64,000 nucleotides of DNA from Candidatus Cloacimonadales bacterium (GCA_963662655.2 CAXXTU010000002.1:2400001-2464000), one strand, 5' to 3'; shown: positions 35,424 to 46,361, counted from the first letter of the stretch. Program-made: numbers and translations. Notes: generated by a model from the letters alone, not told the origin.

Positions 35424-38312
35424 ATGGAAATGCAGGAATTGAAAAAATGGTATGGCAAGGTAAAATTCGGAGAGGATAACTTCTATCGTCTCATGCAAAA
35501 CCGCGTGCGGGAAATCCTGCTCGTCGCGACATTCTACGACGCCTTTATCTTCGAGCAGGACGGCAGACTATCGGAGCAGATATACAACGAATATCGCCAA
35601 CTCCAGCTCAGCACCGCCCCACGCATCACAAGCGTTCCCACTGGTAAACAAGCGCTCGAAATGCTGAATATACGCCAGTTTGACCTTGTGATCATCATGA
35701 TGAGAACCGGAGACGTAGGCCCCTTCGAGCTCTCCCGGGAAGCAAAGATGCTCTATCCCGAACTCCCCGTCCTCCTGCTGCTTAACGTCCAGTCAGATAT
35801 CGAAATTATCCAGCGTTACCCCGAACGCTTGCAATACATCGACGATGTTTTCCTGTGGAATGGTGATACATCCATCTTCCTCGCCATGATCAAATCAGTG
35901 GAAGACAAGCTCAACATCGAGCACGACACCAAGCAGGGATTGATCCGCGTTATCCTTCTGGTGGAAGACTCTATCCTCTACTATTCCAGATTCCTGCCAC
36001 TCCTCTACAAGCTGATCCTCCGCCAGACCGGCAGGCTTATTGAAGACGAACTGAGCGACATCGATAAACGCCTTCGTATGCGTGCCCGACCAAAGGTAAT
36101 CCTGTCGCACACCTACGAAGACGCCGAGAAGATGGTGGAGAAATACCACGACAACCTGGTCGCAGTTATCTCGGATGTCCGTTACCCACGCAATGGCATA
36201 TTGGACGGCAACTCGGGCTTCGATCTGATCCGCCTGGTGAAAAACGACCCCTTCGATATTCCGGTTATCATGCAGTCCTCAGAACCGGAAAATGAAGTTA
36301 TCGCCAAACAACTCGGGGCCGATTTCCTCTCCAAAAACTCCCCGACATTGCTCGACGATTTGCAGCACATCACCATCCGCGACCTCGGATACGGCGATTT
36401 CATCTTCCGCAACCAGCATGGTCACGAGATCGGCCGCGCATCCAATATCGTCGAATTCGAAAAACGCTTGCAGGAAGTACCCGACGAGACGCTTGTATAT
36501 CATGGTATGAGAAACCATTTCAGCGCCTGGCTCATCGCCCACGGGGACATCGACCTCGCAAGGCAGATACAGCCGATAAAAGTCGGCGATTTCTCTGACA
36601 GACAGCGCATGAGAGATTATCTGCGGGATATCTTCCACGTCGCGCGGACATACCGCGACCGGGGTAAAATCGTTCCCTTCGCACCCTACAAGATTGATGA
36701 CAAAGACCAGATCCTCCGTCTCGCCGATGGATCGCTGGGAGGAAAAGGACGTGGACTCGCCTTCATGAACGCGATCCTTGCGGTTACCGACATCTCGTCC
36801 AAGTATGAGAACCTCGATATCCGCCTACCCCTGACAATGATTATCGGCACCTCCGAGTTCGACCGGCTTGTCGAACAGGCTGAAATCGAAGATTCCATGC
36901 ACGAGGAAGAAATCCGGTGCTCCATCATCAATAGCGAGCTCTCCCCGGAGCTTATGGATAACCTTCGCTCGATCGTCGAAAACATAGACGAACCGCTGGC
37001 CGTACGATCCTCCGGCTTGCTCGAGGATTCCCAGGCAATACCCGTGGCGGGAATCTATAAAACCTGCATGATCCCTAATTCACATCCCGACAGGGATATC
37101 CGTCTCAAGCAACTTGTCTCCGCGATCAAGCAGGTCTTTTCATCCGTTTTCACTGCAACGACGCATAAATATTTACACAGCCTGCATTACCGCTTCGAAG
37201 AAGAGAAAATGGCAATCATCATCCAGAAGGTTGCGGGGCAAAACCACGGCAGCTACTTCTATCCAGCCCTGACAGGCTTTATACAATCGTGGAACAGGAC
37301 GCTCTGCACGACCCAAAGGAACGCCGACGGAATCGTTGCTTGCGTTGCGGGACTGAGCAGCGATGACGATCGAACCGCTCCCCATTTCTTCTTCGTTCCG
37401 GAGAAAACCGACAGGCAAATCGACTGTCGCGAATTCCCCTGCAACCGTTTCCAGGCAATCGACCGTTCTCCCAATAACCTCTCGGCGGAATCCTCCGAAA
37501 TCAGGATGATGGAACTCGACTGCGATCTGTACGCCTACAAACAACGCCTTAACTGCATCGAGAAAGACGGAAAGCCGTATTTGAACGCCCAATCCTTCAT
37601 CGAGCAGAACAACATCGCCAACGCGCTTTCGGACATCCTTAAGCTCGGGAAAAAGGCCCTCGGAATGCACACGGAAATCGAGTTCGCGGTTGACATCCCC
37701 AACGATCCGAATCGGAAAAACGTCCTATACATCTTGCAGATTCGCCCGATGCCGATTTTCAATGAAGAATCACCCATCGATGTGGAGACTCTACAGGAAA
37801 GCGACATCATTATCTCAACGCCCAACAGCGTTGGGAACGGCATTTACACACCCGTGCGGGATATCGTGTATTTACCGGAAGATCAGATCGACAATGTAAG
37901 GGAGGAGGATCTCAAGGAGCTGAATCAAGCGCTTGACGAAGACTATATCCTGATCATTCCATCCAGCTGGAGCAGCCGTTTTGATAGGAAACTTCCGCTC
38001 CTTCAATGGGTTGACATCGATCGAGTCCGCCTGATTGTCGAGATCGCCCCGCGCCCCATCGAAGCGCCGAGAAACAGGCACTTCATCCACAACCTTATCG
38101 CCATGAACGCAGGTTTCGCGACCGTCTCCTCCGATCAATCGAACACCGTGTTCAAGGAAAATCTCATTCGGGTATCGCCCATGGTTCGCAGATTCGGCGC
38201 GTTCGAGTTGCATCGTTTCATCGATCCCCTGGCAATTATCCTCGACGGCAGACACGGCTCCCTCACCGTGTGCAAGTTCCATCCGGAGAGCGTTGGAGCG
38301 TCGAAAAGTTGA
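35424..38312 (+). CDS. receiver-domain / PEP-pyruvate-binding (PPDK N-terminal, ATP-grasp) protein
   Basis: ILLVEDS, VISDVRYP receiver-like domains; GSLGGKGRGLAF, PLAVRSSGLLEDS, EEKMAIIIQ, EIEFAV, ILQIRPM. Confidence 0.85.
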   Translation: MEMQELKKWYGKVKFGEDNFYRLMQNRVREILLVATFYDAFIFEQDGRLSEQIYNEYRQLQLSTAPRITSVPTGKQALEMLNIRQFDLVIIMMRTGDVGPFELSREAKMLYPELPVLLLLNVQSDIEIIQRYPERLQYIDDVFLWNGDTSIFLAMIKSVEDKLNIEHDTKQGLIRVILLVEDSILYYSRFLPLLYKLILRQTGRLIEDELSDIDKRLRMRARPKVILSHTYEDAEKMVEKYHDNLVAVISDVRYPRNGILDGNSGFDLIRLVKNDPFDIPVIMQSSEPENEVIAKQLGADFLSKNSPTLLDDLQHITIRDLGYGDFIFRNQHGHEIGRASNIVEFEKRLQEVPDETLVYHGMRNHFSAWLIAHGDIDLARQIQPIKVGDFSDRQRMRDYLRDIFHVARTYRDRGKIVPFAPYKIDDKDQILRLADGSLGGKGRGLAFMNAILAVTDISSKYENLDIRLPLTMIIGTSEFDRLVEQAEIEDSMHEEEIRCSIINSELSPELMDNLRSIVENIDEPLAVRSSGLLEDSQAIPVAGIYKTCMIPNSHPDRDIRLKQLVSAIKQVFSSVFTATTHKYLHSLHYRFEEEKMAIIIQKVAGQNHGSYFYPALTGFIQSWNRTLCTTQRNADGIVACVAGLSSDDDRTAPHFFFVPEKTDRQIDCREFPCNRFQAIDRSPNNLSAESSEIRMMELDCDLYAYKQRLNCIEKDGKPYLNAQSFIEQNNIANALSDILKLGKKALGMHTEIEFAVDIPNDPNRKNVLYILQIRPMPIFNEESPIDVETLQESDIIISTPNSVGNGIYTPVRDIVYLPEDQIDNVREEDLKELNQALDEDYILIIPSSWSSRFDRKLPLLQWVDIDRVRLIVEIAPRPIEAPRNRHFIHNLIAMNAGFATVSSDQSNTVFKENLIRVSPMVRRFGAFELHRFIDPLAIILDGRHGSLTVCKFHPESVGASKS

Positions 38313-38464
38313 TCGCCCAGGCAGGTCGCCGGAAATGATCTTGACATCCATATCCCTGATCAGCAAATGAAAAGCAACGATAAATCAGAGCGATGCAGGG
38401 AGTTTCATGCAGGCAAATACGAGCGCTAAAGACACAGCCATTACCTTTTCCACGGGATTGATTC

Positions 38465-39940
38465 ATGAGTGATCGCATCTCCAGAACCAGGGTTCTGGCA
38501 GTGGGTAATTTCTCGCGTCTATTCATCAAGACCGCTATCGCGTTGATACTGGTTCGCATCCTGACCAAAGAGGCTTACGGGAGCTATCGTCACCTGTTCC
38601 TGATCTATCAAACAATATCCTCCATCCTGTTCCTCGGACTGCCCCAAAGCCTGCTCTACTTCATTCCGCGGCTGATCCACAAAGACGACACCGATCTCCG
38701 GAAGGTTCTCACACAGACGTTGACCATCCTGCTGGGGCTTGGCGTCCTGTTCGCGCTCGGAACAATAATCCTGAGGAATCAGATTGCCTCGTTCCTGAAC
38801 AACCCCCAGCTGCCACCGCTGCTGGTGTTGTTTTTTATATATCCCGTGTTCATGTTCATATCTCAGTTCTATCAATCAGCGCTATTGGGATTCGAACGTT
38901 CCGGTAAAGCGGCATTCTTCGGCGTGCTCAGCGTCGCTCTCGATGCGGTTTTCATCCTGGGAACAGCGTTCTACACCCGGGATTTGATGTGGATCGTTGG
39001 CGGAATCGTCATCTCCGCCGTCATCCAGTGGATTTACGCACAGGTCGGTCTGCGTAAAATCTTCAAGCCCGATTTCCATTTCGACGGCACGCTCTTGAAA
39101 GAGCAGCTCGACTACGCTATCCCGGTCGGATTCGCCAATATCATCGGGCTCCTCTCCACGCAAATCGACAAGGTGGTGATCTCCAATTATTTCACGCCTG
39201 ATATCTTCGCTGTTTTCTCGGTGGGCGCCACGGAAATCCCCTTGATATCCGTGCTGATTGTAACGGTTAACAACATTCTGCTCCCTGCGCTTACGCGTAT
39301 GGACCCGGAAAAGGATCGAGACAAGATTGAGGAAATATACAGCGGCGCTGCCCGTAAAAACGCCCTGATCATCTTCCCCATCGTAATATTCTTTTTCATC
39401 TTCGCCAGGGATTTCCTGGTGATGCTCTACTCGGAGAAGTATGCATCAGCTCTGCCGTTTTTCAGGATTTATCTGCTTATTTTATTCCTGCGTGTCACAA
39501 CCCTCAGCGTGCTCCTGAAATCGTACGGCCTGACACGAGTTCTCCTGTGGTTCAGTATATTGACCCTTGCCCTGAACATCCTACTGAACATCGTTTTCAT
39601 CAATCTATTCGGGATCACCGGGCCGGCCTGGGCTACCGTGCTGATCGTATACATGATTTTCTCGTTCTACCTTTGGGTCATTTATCGTAAGCTCGGATTC
39701 AACCTCCCGCGTTTATTTTCTCTTAGAAACTTGTTTCGCACACTGATTCTCTCCGTTTGCATCGGCATCCCTTTCTGGTTCCTCATTCCGTGGGAACTCA
39801 ATCCCTGGATAAAATTCCCCGGGCTCTTCATCGTGTATGCTGGGCTGTTTTATCTATTCGGCAGAATATTCGGCATTGTTCGCGACTACGACCGGGACAT
39901 CATTCTGGATGCCATCCGTAAGTTCGGAGTGCGAAAATGA
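38465..39940 (+). CDS. oligosaccharide flippase (Wzx/MOP family)
   Basis: About 12-14 TMs, LVRILTKEAYG, LSTQIDKVVIS, GITGPAWATV. Confidence 0.88.
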   Translation: MSDRISRTRVLAVGNFSRLFIKTAIALILVRILTKEAYGSYRHLFLIYQTISSILFLGLPQSLLYFIPRLIHKDDTDLRKVLTQTLTILLGLGVLFALGTIILRNQIASFLNNPQLPPLLVLFFIYPVFMFISQFYQSALLGFERSGKAAFFGVLSVALDAVFILGTAFYTRDLMWIVGGIVISAVIQWIYAQVGLRKIFKPDFHFDGTLLKEQLDYAIPVGFANIIGLLSTQIDKVVISNYFTPDIFAVFSVGATEIPLISVLIVTVNNILLPALTRMDPEKDRDKIEEIYSGAARKNALIIFPIVIFFFIFARDFLVMLYSEKYASALPFFRIYLLILFLRVTTLSVLLKSYGLTRVLLWFSILTLALNILLNIVFINLFGITGPAWATVLIVYMIFSFYLWVIYRKLGFNLPRLFSLRNLFRTLILSVCIGIPFWFLIPWELNPWIKFPGLFIVYAGLFYLFGRIFGIVRDYDRDIILDAIRKFGVRK

Positions 39941-41211
39941 GAAACGTCCTGGTGATCGCATACTACTTCCCTCCCATCGGAGGAGGAGGCGTCCAGCGCA
40001 CGTCCAAACATGTTAAATATCTGAGAGACAACGGATACAATCCCATCGTCCTGACCGTGAACCCTCGCTGTGTACGTAAAATCAAAGACCCGAAGCTGCT
40101 CGACGATATCCCGGAAGGAACAACCGTTTATCGTACGGCCACCCTGGATGCAGACTGGCTTTTCAAGCTGTTGTACGGTCTCAGGCTGAAAAAACTGGTT
40201 CGGTGGATGGTACAGAACGTCTTCGTGCCGGATATCCAGATTCTCTGGATTCCCTTCGCGCTTCGCAAGCTGAAAACGATCTTCAAGCGGCACAACATCG
40301 ACCTCATCTACGTGACGGGAACACCCTTTTCATCATTCTTCATCGGCATAAAGGCCAAGAAGAGATATCATCTTCCGCTGTTTGTCGATTTCCGCGATGA
40401 ATGGACATACCACGGTGAATACCTCGATCATCTACCCGCGCCATCCGTTCAGAGAAGAGAGATGCGCATGGAGGAGGAGGTTTTGCGGAACGCCGACATG
40501 ATGGCGGTTGTCGTTCAAGAAGTGAAAAACAACTTTGTCGAGCGCTACCCGTTTCTCCAGGATATACCTATCGGGTTGATACCCAACGGATACGACGAAG
40601 AAGACTTTGCGAACCAGAAGCCGGGTAACGCAAAGAAAGAATACTTCCACCTTGTCTTTTCTGGCACTTTGTACGGAAAACGCAGGAATGCGGGAATCCT
40701 CCTGCAGGCCATCCGAGAATTGATCGCAGAAGGTGAGATCGCAAAAGAAAGGATTCGCATGGATATCTATGGCAAGAATACCGCAGCCAATTTTTTGAAA
40801 CGCGGCGATGAAGCGTTTGCGAAAGTGCATGGATACCTATCACACCGAGAAGTGATACAACGCACCCTCGAAGCGGACATTCTCGTTTTACTGGTGAATC
40901 CCGGGCCTAATTGTTTGCCTGACTACCCGGGCAAAATCTCCGAGTACCTCCGCACCGGAAGACCGATCCTTGCCATCGTTCCCGCCGGAGGCTCGGCAGC
41001 CGATGTGATCGAAAAAACGAGAACCGGTTTCGTGGCGAATTCCGCGAATCTCGAAGAAGTTAAAAAGACTCTGCTGGACTGCTATCGCAAGTGGGAGAGC
41101 GGAACGCTGGAGATCGATCCGGATTGGGACAAGATCAAGCGCTACGAGAGGCGGGAAATGACGCGCAGGCTGGCGGGGATGTTCAACAGGTTTTTCGCAG
41201 AGGGTCGGTAA
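39937..41211 (+). CDS. glycosyltransferase family 4
   Basis: VLVIAYYFPPIGGGGVQR, DFRDEW, IPNGYD, PGKISEYL. Confidence 0.9.
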   Translation: MRNVLVIAYYFPPIGGGGVQRTSKHVKYLRDNGYNPIVLTVNPRCVRKIKDPKLLDDIPEGTTVYRTATLDADWLFKLLYGLRLKKLVRWMVQNVFVPDIQILWIPFALRKLKTIFKRHNIDLIYVTGTPFSSFFIGIKAKKRYHLPLFVDFRDEWTYHGEYLDHLPAPSVQRREMRMEEEVLRNADMMAVVVQEVKNNFVERYPFLQDIPIGLIPNGYDEEDFANQKPGNAKKEYFHLVFSGTLYGKRRNAGILLQAIRELIAEGEIAKERIRMDIYGKNTAANFLKRGDEAFAKVHGYLSHREVIQRTLEADILVLLVNPGPNCLPDYPGKISEYLRTGRPILAIVPAGGSAADVIEKTRTGFVANSANLEEVKKTLLDCYRKWESGTLEIDPDWDKIKRYERREMTRRLAGMFNRFFAEGR

Positions 41212-41377
41212 ATTCTATCGAAGAAGCTCTACGGAATGATAGAGAAGCACTTCTTCTTACCCTCCGGAGAATGAATCTACATTAATACACTCGAAAAACT
41301 TGCGCACAAGTACCCCCTGAAATACTGTGGTTTCGCTATGGGGGAAGGGATGAAACAGGAATATGGTGCGTTCAACA

Positions 41378-42340
41378 ATGAAAATCGCAGACATCGATCG
41401 AATTCCGGAGATTACCGGGTCCTATATTATCAAATCAGGTGACCAGGCACTTTACATCGATTTTTCAGCTAACATTCGCAAGAGTATCGCCTACCTTTTA
41501 AACCACGATCAGACTGGTCTGGAGGAGCTTAGAAACAGCCAGAACACGCTGGAATGGCAAGCGGCAAAGTCGCTGTTTGAAGCGATGTTGCAAGCCAAAA
41601 CGGCGATTCTCGACGAACATCCGACACTCAACCAGCAAGTCAGGCTGTACGCCGATTACGTCTATCTCGGCATCGATCTGAGAAAAGCGCCGGTTTTCAA
41701 ACTGGAGGCATTCACGACCGGCAATCTGTTCTACCTTGGTCCTTTCCGTAATCGCTTTGAGCTTATGGACACGCTCTACACGATGAGCGAGCTGGAAAAA
41801 ACACCGGTCTGCGATGAAGCGGATCAACCCTGCTCCAGGCTCAAGAGGAAGAAATGTATCGCGTGGTGTTTGCATGACGAAAACCTCACGGAGATGCTCT
41901 TGCAGCGATTTCTCACCCCGAACGATGACTGGCTGAAAGAGCTGCGCCAGAAGGCGGAGCGGTTGATGGACGATCTTGACTTCTCCGAAGCGGACGTCCT
42001 GAACAAACAGACCCGTCTGCTCGAGACCTACTACGACAACCTTTCCTTCCTGCTCTGCACAAAGCAAATCGAAGGAGAATTCACCCAGGGCAGCAGCGCT
42101 TGCACGGTTCAACACGGCTTGCTGCAACGGGCAAAGGTCGATGGAATCGAACAAATCTTTCGGGCAAGCCAGCCTATTCAATACAGGGATAACGAGTTGC
42201 TGGCTGTCGACAAAACGGAATACGACGAACGACGTTCAATTTATTTGAGGTTTTTGCAAAAAGAACCTGACAGGATTGCGCAGTGGATTGAACGTGGTAT
42301 CCAAACAATGAAATCTATGATTCAGGAGGATAAATCGTGA
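41378..42340 (+). CDS. degenerate UvrC/Cho-like protein (GIY-YIG-like, Cys cluster, UVR domain)
   Basis: IPEITGSYII...LYID...ANIRK, HPTLN, YLGPF, four Cys, DLDFSEAD. Confidence 0.65.
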   Translation: MKIADIDRIPEITGSYIIKSGDQALYIDFSANIRKSIAYLLNHDQTGLEELRNSQNTLEWQAAKSLFEAMLQAKTAILDEHPTLNQQVRLYADYVYLGIDLRKAPVFKLEAFTTGNLFYLGPFRNRFELMDTLYTMSELEKTPVCDEADQPCSRLKRKKCIAWCLHDENLTEMLLQRFLTPNDDWLKELRQKAERLMDDLDFSEADVLNKQTRLLETYYDNLSFLLCTKQIEGEFTQGSSACTVQHGLLQRAKVDGIEQIFRASQPIQYRDNELLAVDKTEYDERRSIYLRFLQKEPDRIAQWIERGIQTMKSMIQEDKS

Positions 42341-43227
42341 CGAAAATTAGTGATTTATCAATTGTCAAAGCGCATCGAAAAGGCAAAGTACGCGATATTT
42401 ACGACCTGGGAAGCGAACTCTTGATTGTAACCTCGGATCGTCTTTCCGCTTTCGATGTCGTGCTCCCGCAGCCCATTCCGGACAAGGGCAAAATCCTTAC
42501 ACAGATATCCATCTTCTTTTTTGAAAAGACCAAAGATATTGTCGATAATCATCTGATCGCGCACCGCGTGGAGGATTATCCCGTCGAGCTGCACCCGTTC
42601 CGCGAGGAGCTCGAATTCCGCAGCATGCTGGTGAAGAAAACTCGAGTGGTGCCTTACGAATGTATCGTCCGCGGTTATCTCTCCGGTTCAGCCTGGAAGG
42701 AATATCAGAATTCCGGCTCCGTAGGCGGAAGAAAGCTTCCCGAAGGCATGCAGAACAGCCAGGCGTTCCCGAGCCCGATCTTCACGCCATCCACGAAGGC
42801 GGAAGAAGGACACGACGAGAACATCTCCTTCGAGACCATGAAATCCCGTATGGACGATTGGCTTGCCGATCGCCTGCAGCGCGTTAGCCTGGACCTCTTC
42901 AAATTCGCCCATGAGTTCCTGAAAGAGAAAGGAATCCTCTTTGCCGATACCAAATTCGAGTTCGGAACCCAGGCAGGCAAGGTGATCCTGATCGATGAGG
43001 TGTTCACTCCCGATTCATCCCGATTCTGGAACCTGGACGAGTACGAGGTTGGCAGAAACCAGTCGAGCTACGACAAGCAATTCGTGCGTGACTACCTGGA
43101 GACGAGCGGTTGGGACAAGAATCCACCGGCTCCGAATCTTCCGACGGAAATCATTCAACGTACAGCCGATAAATACACCGAAGCCTTCAGAAGAATAACC
43201 GGAGCGAAAGTACTCCCATGGCAGTAA
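42337..43227 (+). CDS. purC: phosphoribosylaminoimidazole-succinocarboxamide (SAICAR) synthase
   Basis: GKVRDIY, SDRLSAFD, ECIVRGYLSGS, ADTKFEFG, DEVFTPDSSRFW, SYDKQFVRD. Confidence 0.97.
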   Translation: MTKISDLSIVKAHRKGKVRDIYDLGSELLIVTSDRLSAFDVVLPQPIPDKGKILTQISIFFFEKTKDIVDNHLIAHRVEDYPVELHPFREELEFRSMLVKKTRVVPYECIVRGYLSGSAWKEYQNSGSVGGRKLPEGMQNSQAFPSPIFTPSTKAEEGHDENISFETMKSRMDDWLADRLQRVSLDLFKFAHEFLKEKGILFADTKFEFGTQAGKVILIDEVFTPDSSRFWNLDEYEVGRNQSSYDKQFVRDYLETSGWDKNPPAPNLPTEIIQRTADKYTEAFRRITGAKVLPWQ

Positions 43228-43598
43228 CCATACTGATTGTCGACGACGAGGCGAACGTAACCGATTTTCTCGAGATGGAGCTCAAGGACCTCGGATACGA
43301 AGTTATCAAGGAAAACTCGGGGTACGAAGCGCTGAGCCACGTCATGCAGGGGGAAGTCAATCTGGTCCTCTCCGATATCGCCATGCCCGATATGGACGGC
43401 TACCAGCTCTTCGAACGAATCCGCGAATACGACGAGAAGCTTCCTGTCGTGCTCATGACGGGATTCGGCTACGACCCCAATCACGTGGTCGTGAAATGCC
43501 GCCGGGAAGGCGTGCAGGATATCGTTTTCAAACCGTTCGATATCGATCAATTGAATCATGTACTCCAAAGGAATCTCGAATCTGCCAAAGAGGATTAG
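43218..43598 (+). CDS. single-domain response regulator
   Basis: ILIVDDE, LSDIAMPDMDG, MTG, KPF. Confidence 0.92.
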   Translation: MAVTILIVDDEANVTDFLEMELKDLGYEVIKENSGYEALSHVMQGEVNLVLSDIAMPDMDGYQLFERIREYDEKLPVVLMTGFGYDPNHVVVKCRREGVQDIVFKPFDIDQLNHVLQRNLESAKED

Positions 43599-44496
43599 TC
43601 TCCTAACCGTCTTCCTGCTGCTGATAAGCGCTTCACTTCTGGCGCAGACCGAAATACGCCAGCTCGATCGCATTACGCTCATCGCGGCCCAACAGGACAT
43701 GCAGGCGGGAGAGTACCTCGCAAAAAAGGTTTCGGCGCACATCGATCGCTTTCAGATCAAGATGGGGCTGTTCCCCCGATTCTCCTATCGCATCCACATC
43801 GCACGAGACGATAGCCAGTACCGCGAGTTCACGGGGAGTGCGGGTGGAATCATCGAGTTCAGCAACGCATTTTATTCACATAAGGATCAAACGGCTTACG
43901 TACGCAACCCAGCCGATCTGCACGACCTCGATCACGTCGTAACCGTGTTGTTCCACGAATACATCCACGCGTTCGTGTTCCGCTACTGGAAGGACGCCCC
44001 GCTATGGTTCCACGAAGGAATGGCCGTTTATTATACGGAAGGTCTCCCCTATTCGCGCTTTCTTTCTTTCATACAATTGTACATCTTCGGAGAAGTCCCC
44101 AGGCTGAACGACATGAGCGATCACTATCCCAAAAATCCGGTGGAGTGGGAAGCCTTCTACATGAAATCGGCCTACGCGATCGATTTCATGCTCAAGAAAT
44201 ATCCCCGGCAGTATTTCACACTCTGGGATTACGCACTTCCGCACCGCGATTTCAATCGGGCGATGCGAGCAGCGTTCATGGCCTCGCCGGAGAACATCGG
44301 CGCGCAGTTCGACGAATACCTGCGCAAGAAAATGCGGATGGAGATGCTTATCGGATTCTCCATGCTGATATGGATGTTCATGCCGTTCCTTGTTTTCATC
44401 GCCTGGATCAGAAAGAAATTCATCAATCGCAGAATCAGGAGAAACTGGGAACTCCTTGAAAATACGGACGAAACAATCGAGACGCCGGAGCGTTGA
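43558..44496 (+). CDS. peptidase MA-like metalloprotein
   Basis: HEYIH zinc motif, PLWFHEGMA, C-terminal TM; start uncertain. Confidence 0.78.
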   Translation: MYSKGISNLPKRISLLTVFLLLISASLLAQTEIRQLDRITLIAAQQDMQAGEYLAKKVSAHIDRFQIKMGLFPRFSYRIHIARDDSQYREFTGSAGGIIEFSNAFYSHKDQTAYVRNPADLHDLDHVVTVLFHEYIHAFVFRYWKDAPLWFHEGMAVYYTEGLPYSRFLSFIQLYIFGEVPRLNDMSDHYPKNPVEWEAFYMKSAYAIDFMLKKYPRQYFTLWDYALPHRDFNRAMRAAFMASPENIGAQFDEYLRKKMRMEMLIGFSMLIWMFMPFLVFIAWIRKKFINRRIRRNWELLENTDETIETPER

Positions 44497-44564
44497 GAAA
44501 TTGCTTGCCTTATCAAAGGGATTTTTAAAAATGCAGTCAATAGATAATATTGATGGAGGATGAT

Positions 44565-46205
44565 ATGTACAAACGTATTGCTGTCGTACTCATGCTTGTC
44601 GTTCTGGCGGCTTCAATGTACGCACAAAACATCAAAGTAGGCGTGCTGGGATTTGAAAACACGGATTCCAAAAGCAAGAGCATGGTCAAATACCTTATAG
44701 GTGGCGATCTGGAAGATATCTTCGAATCGGAAGCCGACCTCGAATTGCTCGATCTCAAAGACACCGAAAAACTTGTTAAGAAAGAAGGTTATACGGACCT
44801 TGCGGTACTCGGAACCACGGAAGTTGCTGGACTGGGTGAAAAACTCGGGGCCGATCTGCTCTTCTGGGGAACGGTATCCAACCTCTCCCGCACCGATTAC
44901 CGCGTGCAGATCAAACTGATGTCCATGAAGACACAGGACATGGAATTCCTGACAATCGAAGTCACCACCAACAAGAAAGACCGTCAGGCTCTTCTGAAAG
45001 AAAAGCTTTTCCCGCTCATTCGCAACATGGCCGGCGAAGAACTCAACAAGCTGTGGGATATCCCTTATCAGCAATTCCTTTCCAAGAATTTCGAAGCTGC
45101 GGAAGAAGGATTCCTGAGGTATATCGAAGTCGATCCGGATCGTGCGGACGCTTACTACTACCTTACCATGATGAACTACGAGCGTAAGAATATGGAGCAG
45201 GCCGAGCAGTACGCGCTCACCGGCAAAGAGAAATTCCCCGAAGACATCCGTTTCTACGATTTCCTCGACGCCATCTACAAACAGGCCGGAAGATTCGACG
45301 ACTCGATCACAATCCTCAATCAGCTTGTGGAAATGAAAAACGAAGACAGCATTTGGTTGCGCATCGGTAACCGTTACGCTGACATGGAATACTTCGATGA
45401 AGCGATCGAAGCGCTCAATACGGCGATCGAAATGAATCCGGAGAACAACAAGGCGCACTACCGCCTCGCCATGATCCTCTTCGACGAAGAGAACTACGAA
45501 GGCGCGCTTCCGCACATGCAAATCCTCGTAGACGCTTTCCCCGAGGACGAAGAAGTCACCCGTAAACTGGCGATCTGTTACAACAAGACTGGACGCCTGG
45601 ACGACGCGATTTCTCAGTATCAGCAGGTTATTCAGGACGAACCGGAGAACATCAAGGCATACCTGAACCTTGCCGGCGCTTACCGCGAAGCTGCTGTCAA
45701 CGCGCAGGACAAAGGTGAAAACGCGAAATCGAAGGAATACAACACCCAGGCGCTGAACACGCTGAACACGCTGCAACAGAAAGATCCCGAGAACTATGTC
45801 GTATACCTCCGCAAGGCCGATGTGAATATCGCTCTCGACGATTTTGCCAGCGCTGAAAAAAGCGCGAACAAAGCGCTCGAACTCAACCCGAATCAGTACG
45901 AAGCCTATATGATTCTTTTCCAGGTCGTTCAGAAAAAGGCGTACGCCAAGTACAACGTGCTGGTGGAAAAAGAGAATTTCATAAGCGAGCAGGAACGCCA
46001 GGGCAAGCTCTTCGGTGACGCCATGGACGAGAAAATCGCCGAGAAGAACGTCGTGAAGAAAGCCACGAACGACCTCTTCCGCCAAGCAATGTCGTATCTC
46101 GACGACGCGCAGAAAAACACAGACAAGGCTTCCGTTCTCAACGACATCAAGACGAAGAAGAGCAATCTTATACCGCTCATCGACGGAACCACACAGAAGA
46201 ACTAA
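44565..46205 (+). CDS. secreted TPR-repeat protein with N-terminal CsgG/TolB-N-like domain
   Basis: Signal peptide, VGVLGFEN...LGEKLGADLLFWGTV, many TPRs. Confidence 0.8.
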   Translation: MYKRIAVVLMLVVLAASMYAQNIKVGVLGFENTDSKSKSMVKYLIGGDLEDIFESEADLELLDLKDTEKLVKKEGYTDLAVLGTTEVAGLGEKLGADLLFWGTVSNLSRTDYRVQIKLMSMKTQDMEFLTIEVTTNKKDRQALLKEKLFPLIRNMAGEELNKLWDIPYQQFLSKNFEAAEEGFLRYIEVDPDRADAYYYLTMMNYERKNMEQAEQYALTGKEKFPEDIRFYDFLDAIYKQAGRFDDSITILNQLVEMKNEDSIWLRIGNRYADMEYFDEAIEALNTAIEMNPENNKAHYRLAMILFDEENYEGALPHMQILVDAFPEDEEVTRKLAICYNKTGRLDDAISQYQQVIQDEPENIKAYLNLAGAYREAAVNAQDKGENAKSKEYNTQALNTLNTLQQKDPENYVVYLRKADVNIALDDFASAEKSANKALELNPNQYEAYMILFQVVQKKAYAKYNVLVEKENFISEQERQGKLFGDAMDEKIAEKNVVKKATNDLFRQAMSYLDDAQKNTDKASVLNDIKTKKSNLIPLIDGTTQKN

Positions 46206-46221
46206 GCATCTTACCAGAATA

Positions 46222-46257
46222 AACGACGGCTCCCCGATACGAGGAGCCGTTTTTTTT
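46222..46257 (+). terminator. intrinsic terminator
   Basis: ACGGCTCC...GGAGCCGTTTTTTTT. Confidence 0.8.
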
Positions 46258-46361
46258 CAGAGATATTTTACGTGTGGAGAATACTAACGATCCGCAAACA
46301 CGATTTCGCAAAGCGAAATCACAACGCTCATGAATTCGTTTTCACTTCGTGAAAGCCGAAT

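Noticed and set aside
44613..46085. Long antisense ORFs (also 50794-52311, 57111-58529, 19180-20313, 2480-3385)
   Set aside because: Shadows of well-supported genes on the opposite strand, with no motifs or RBS
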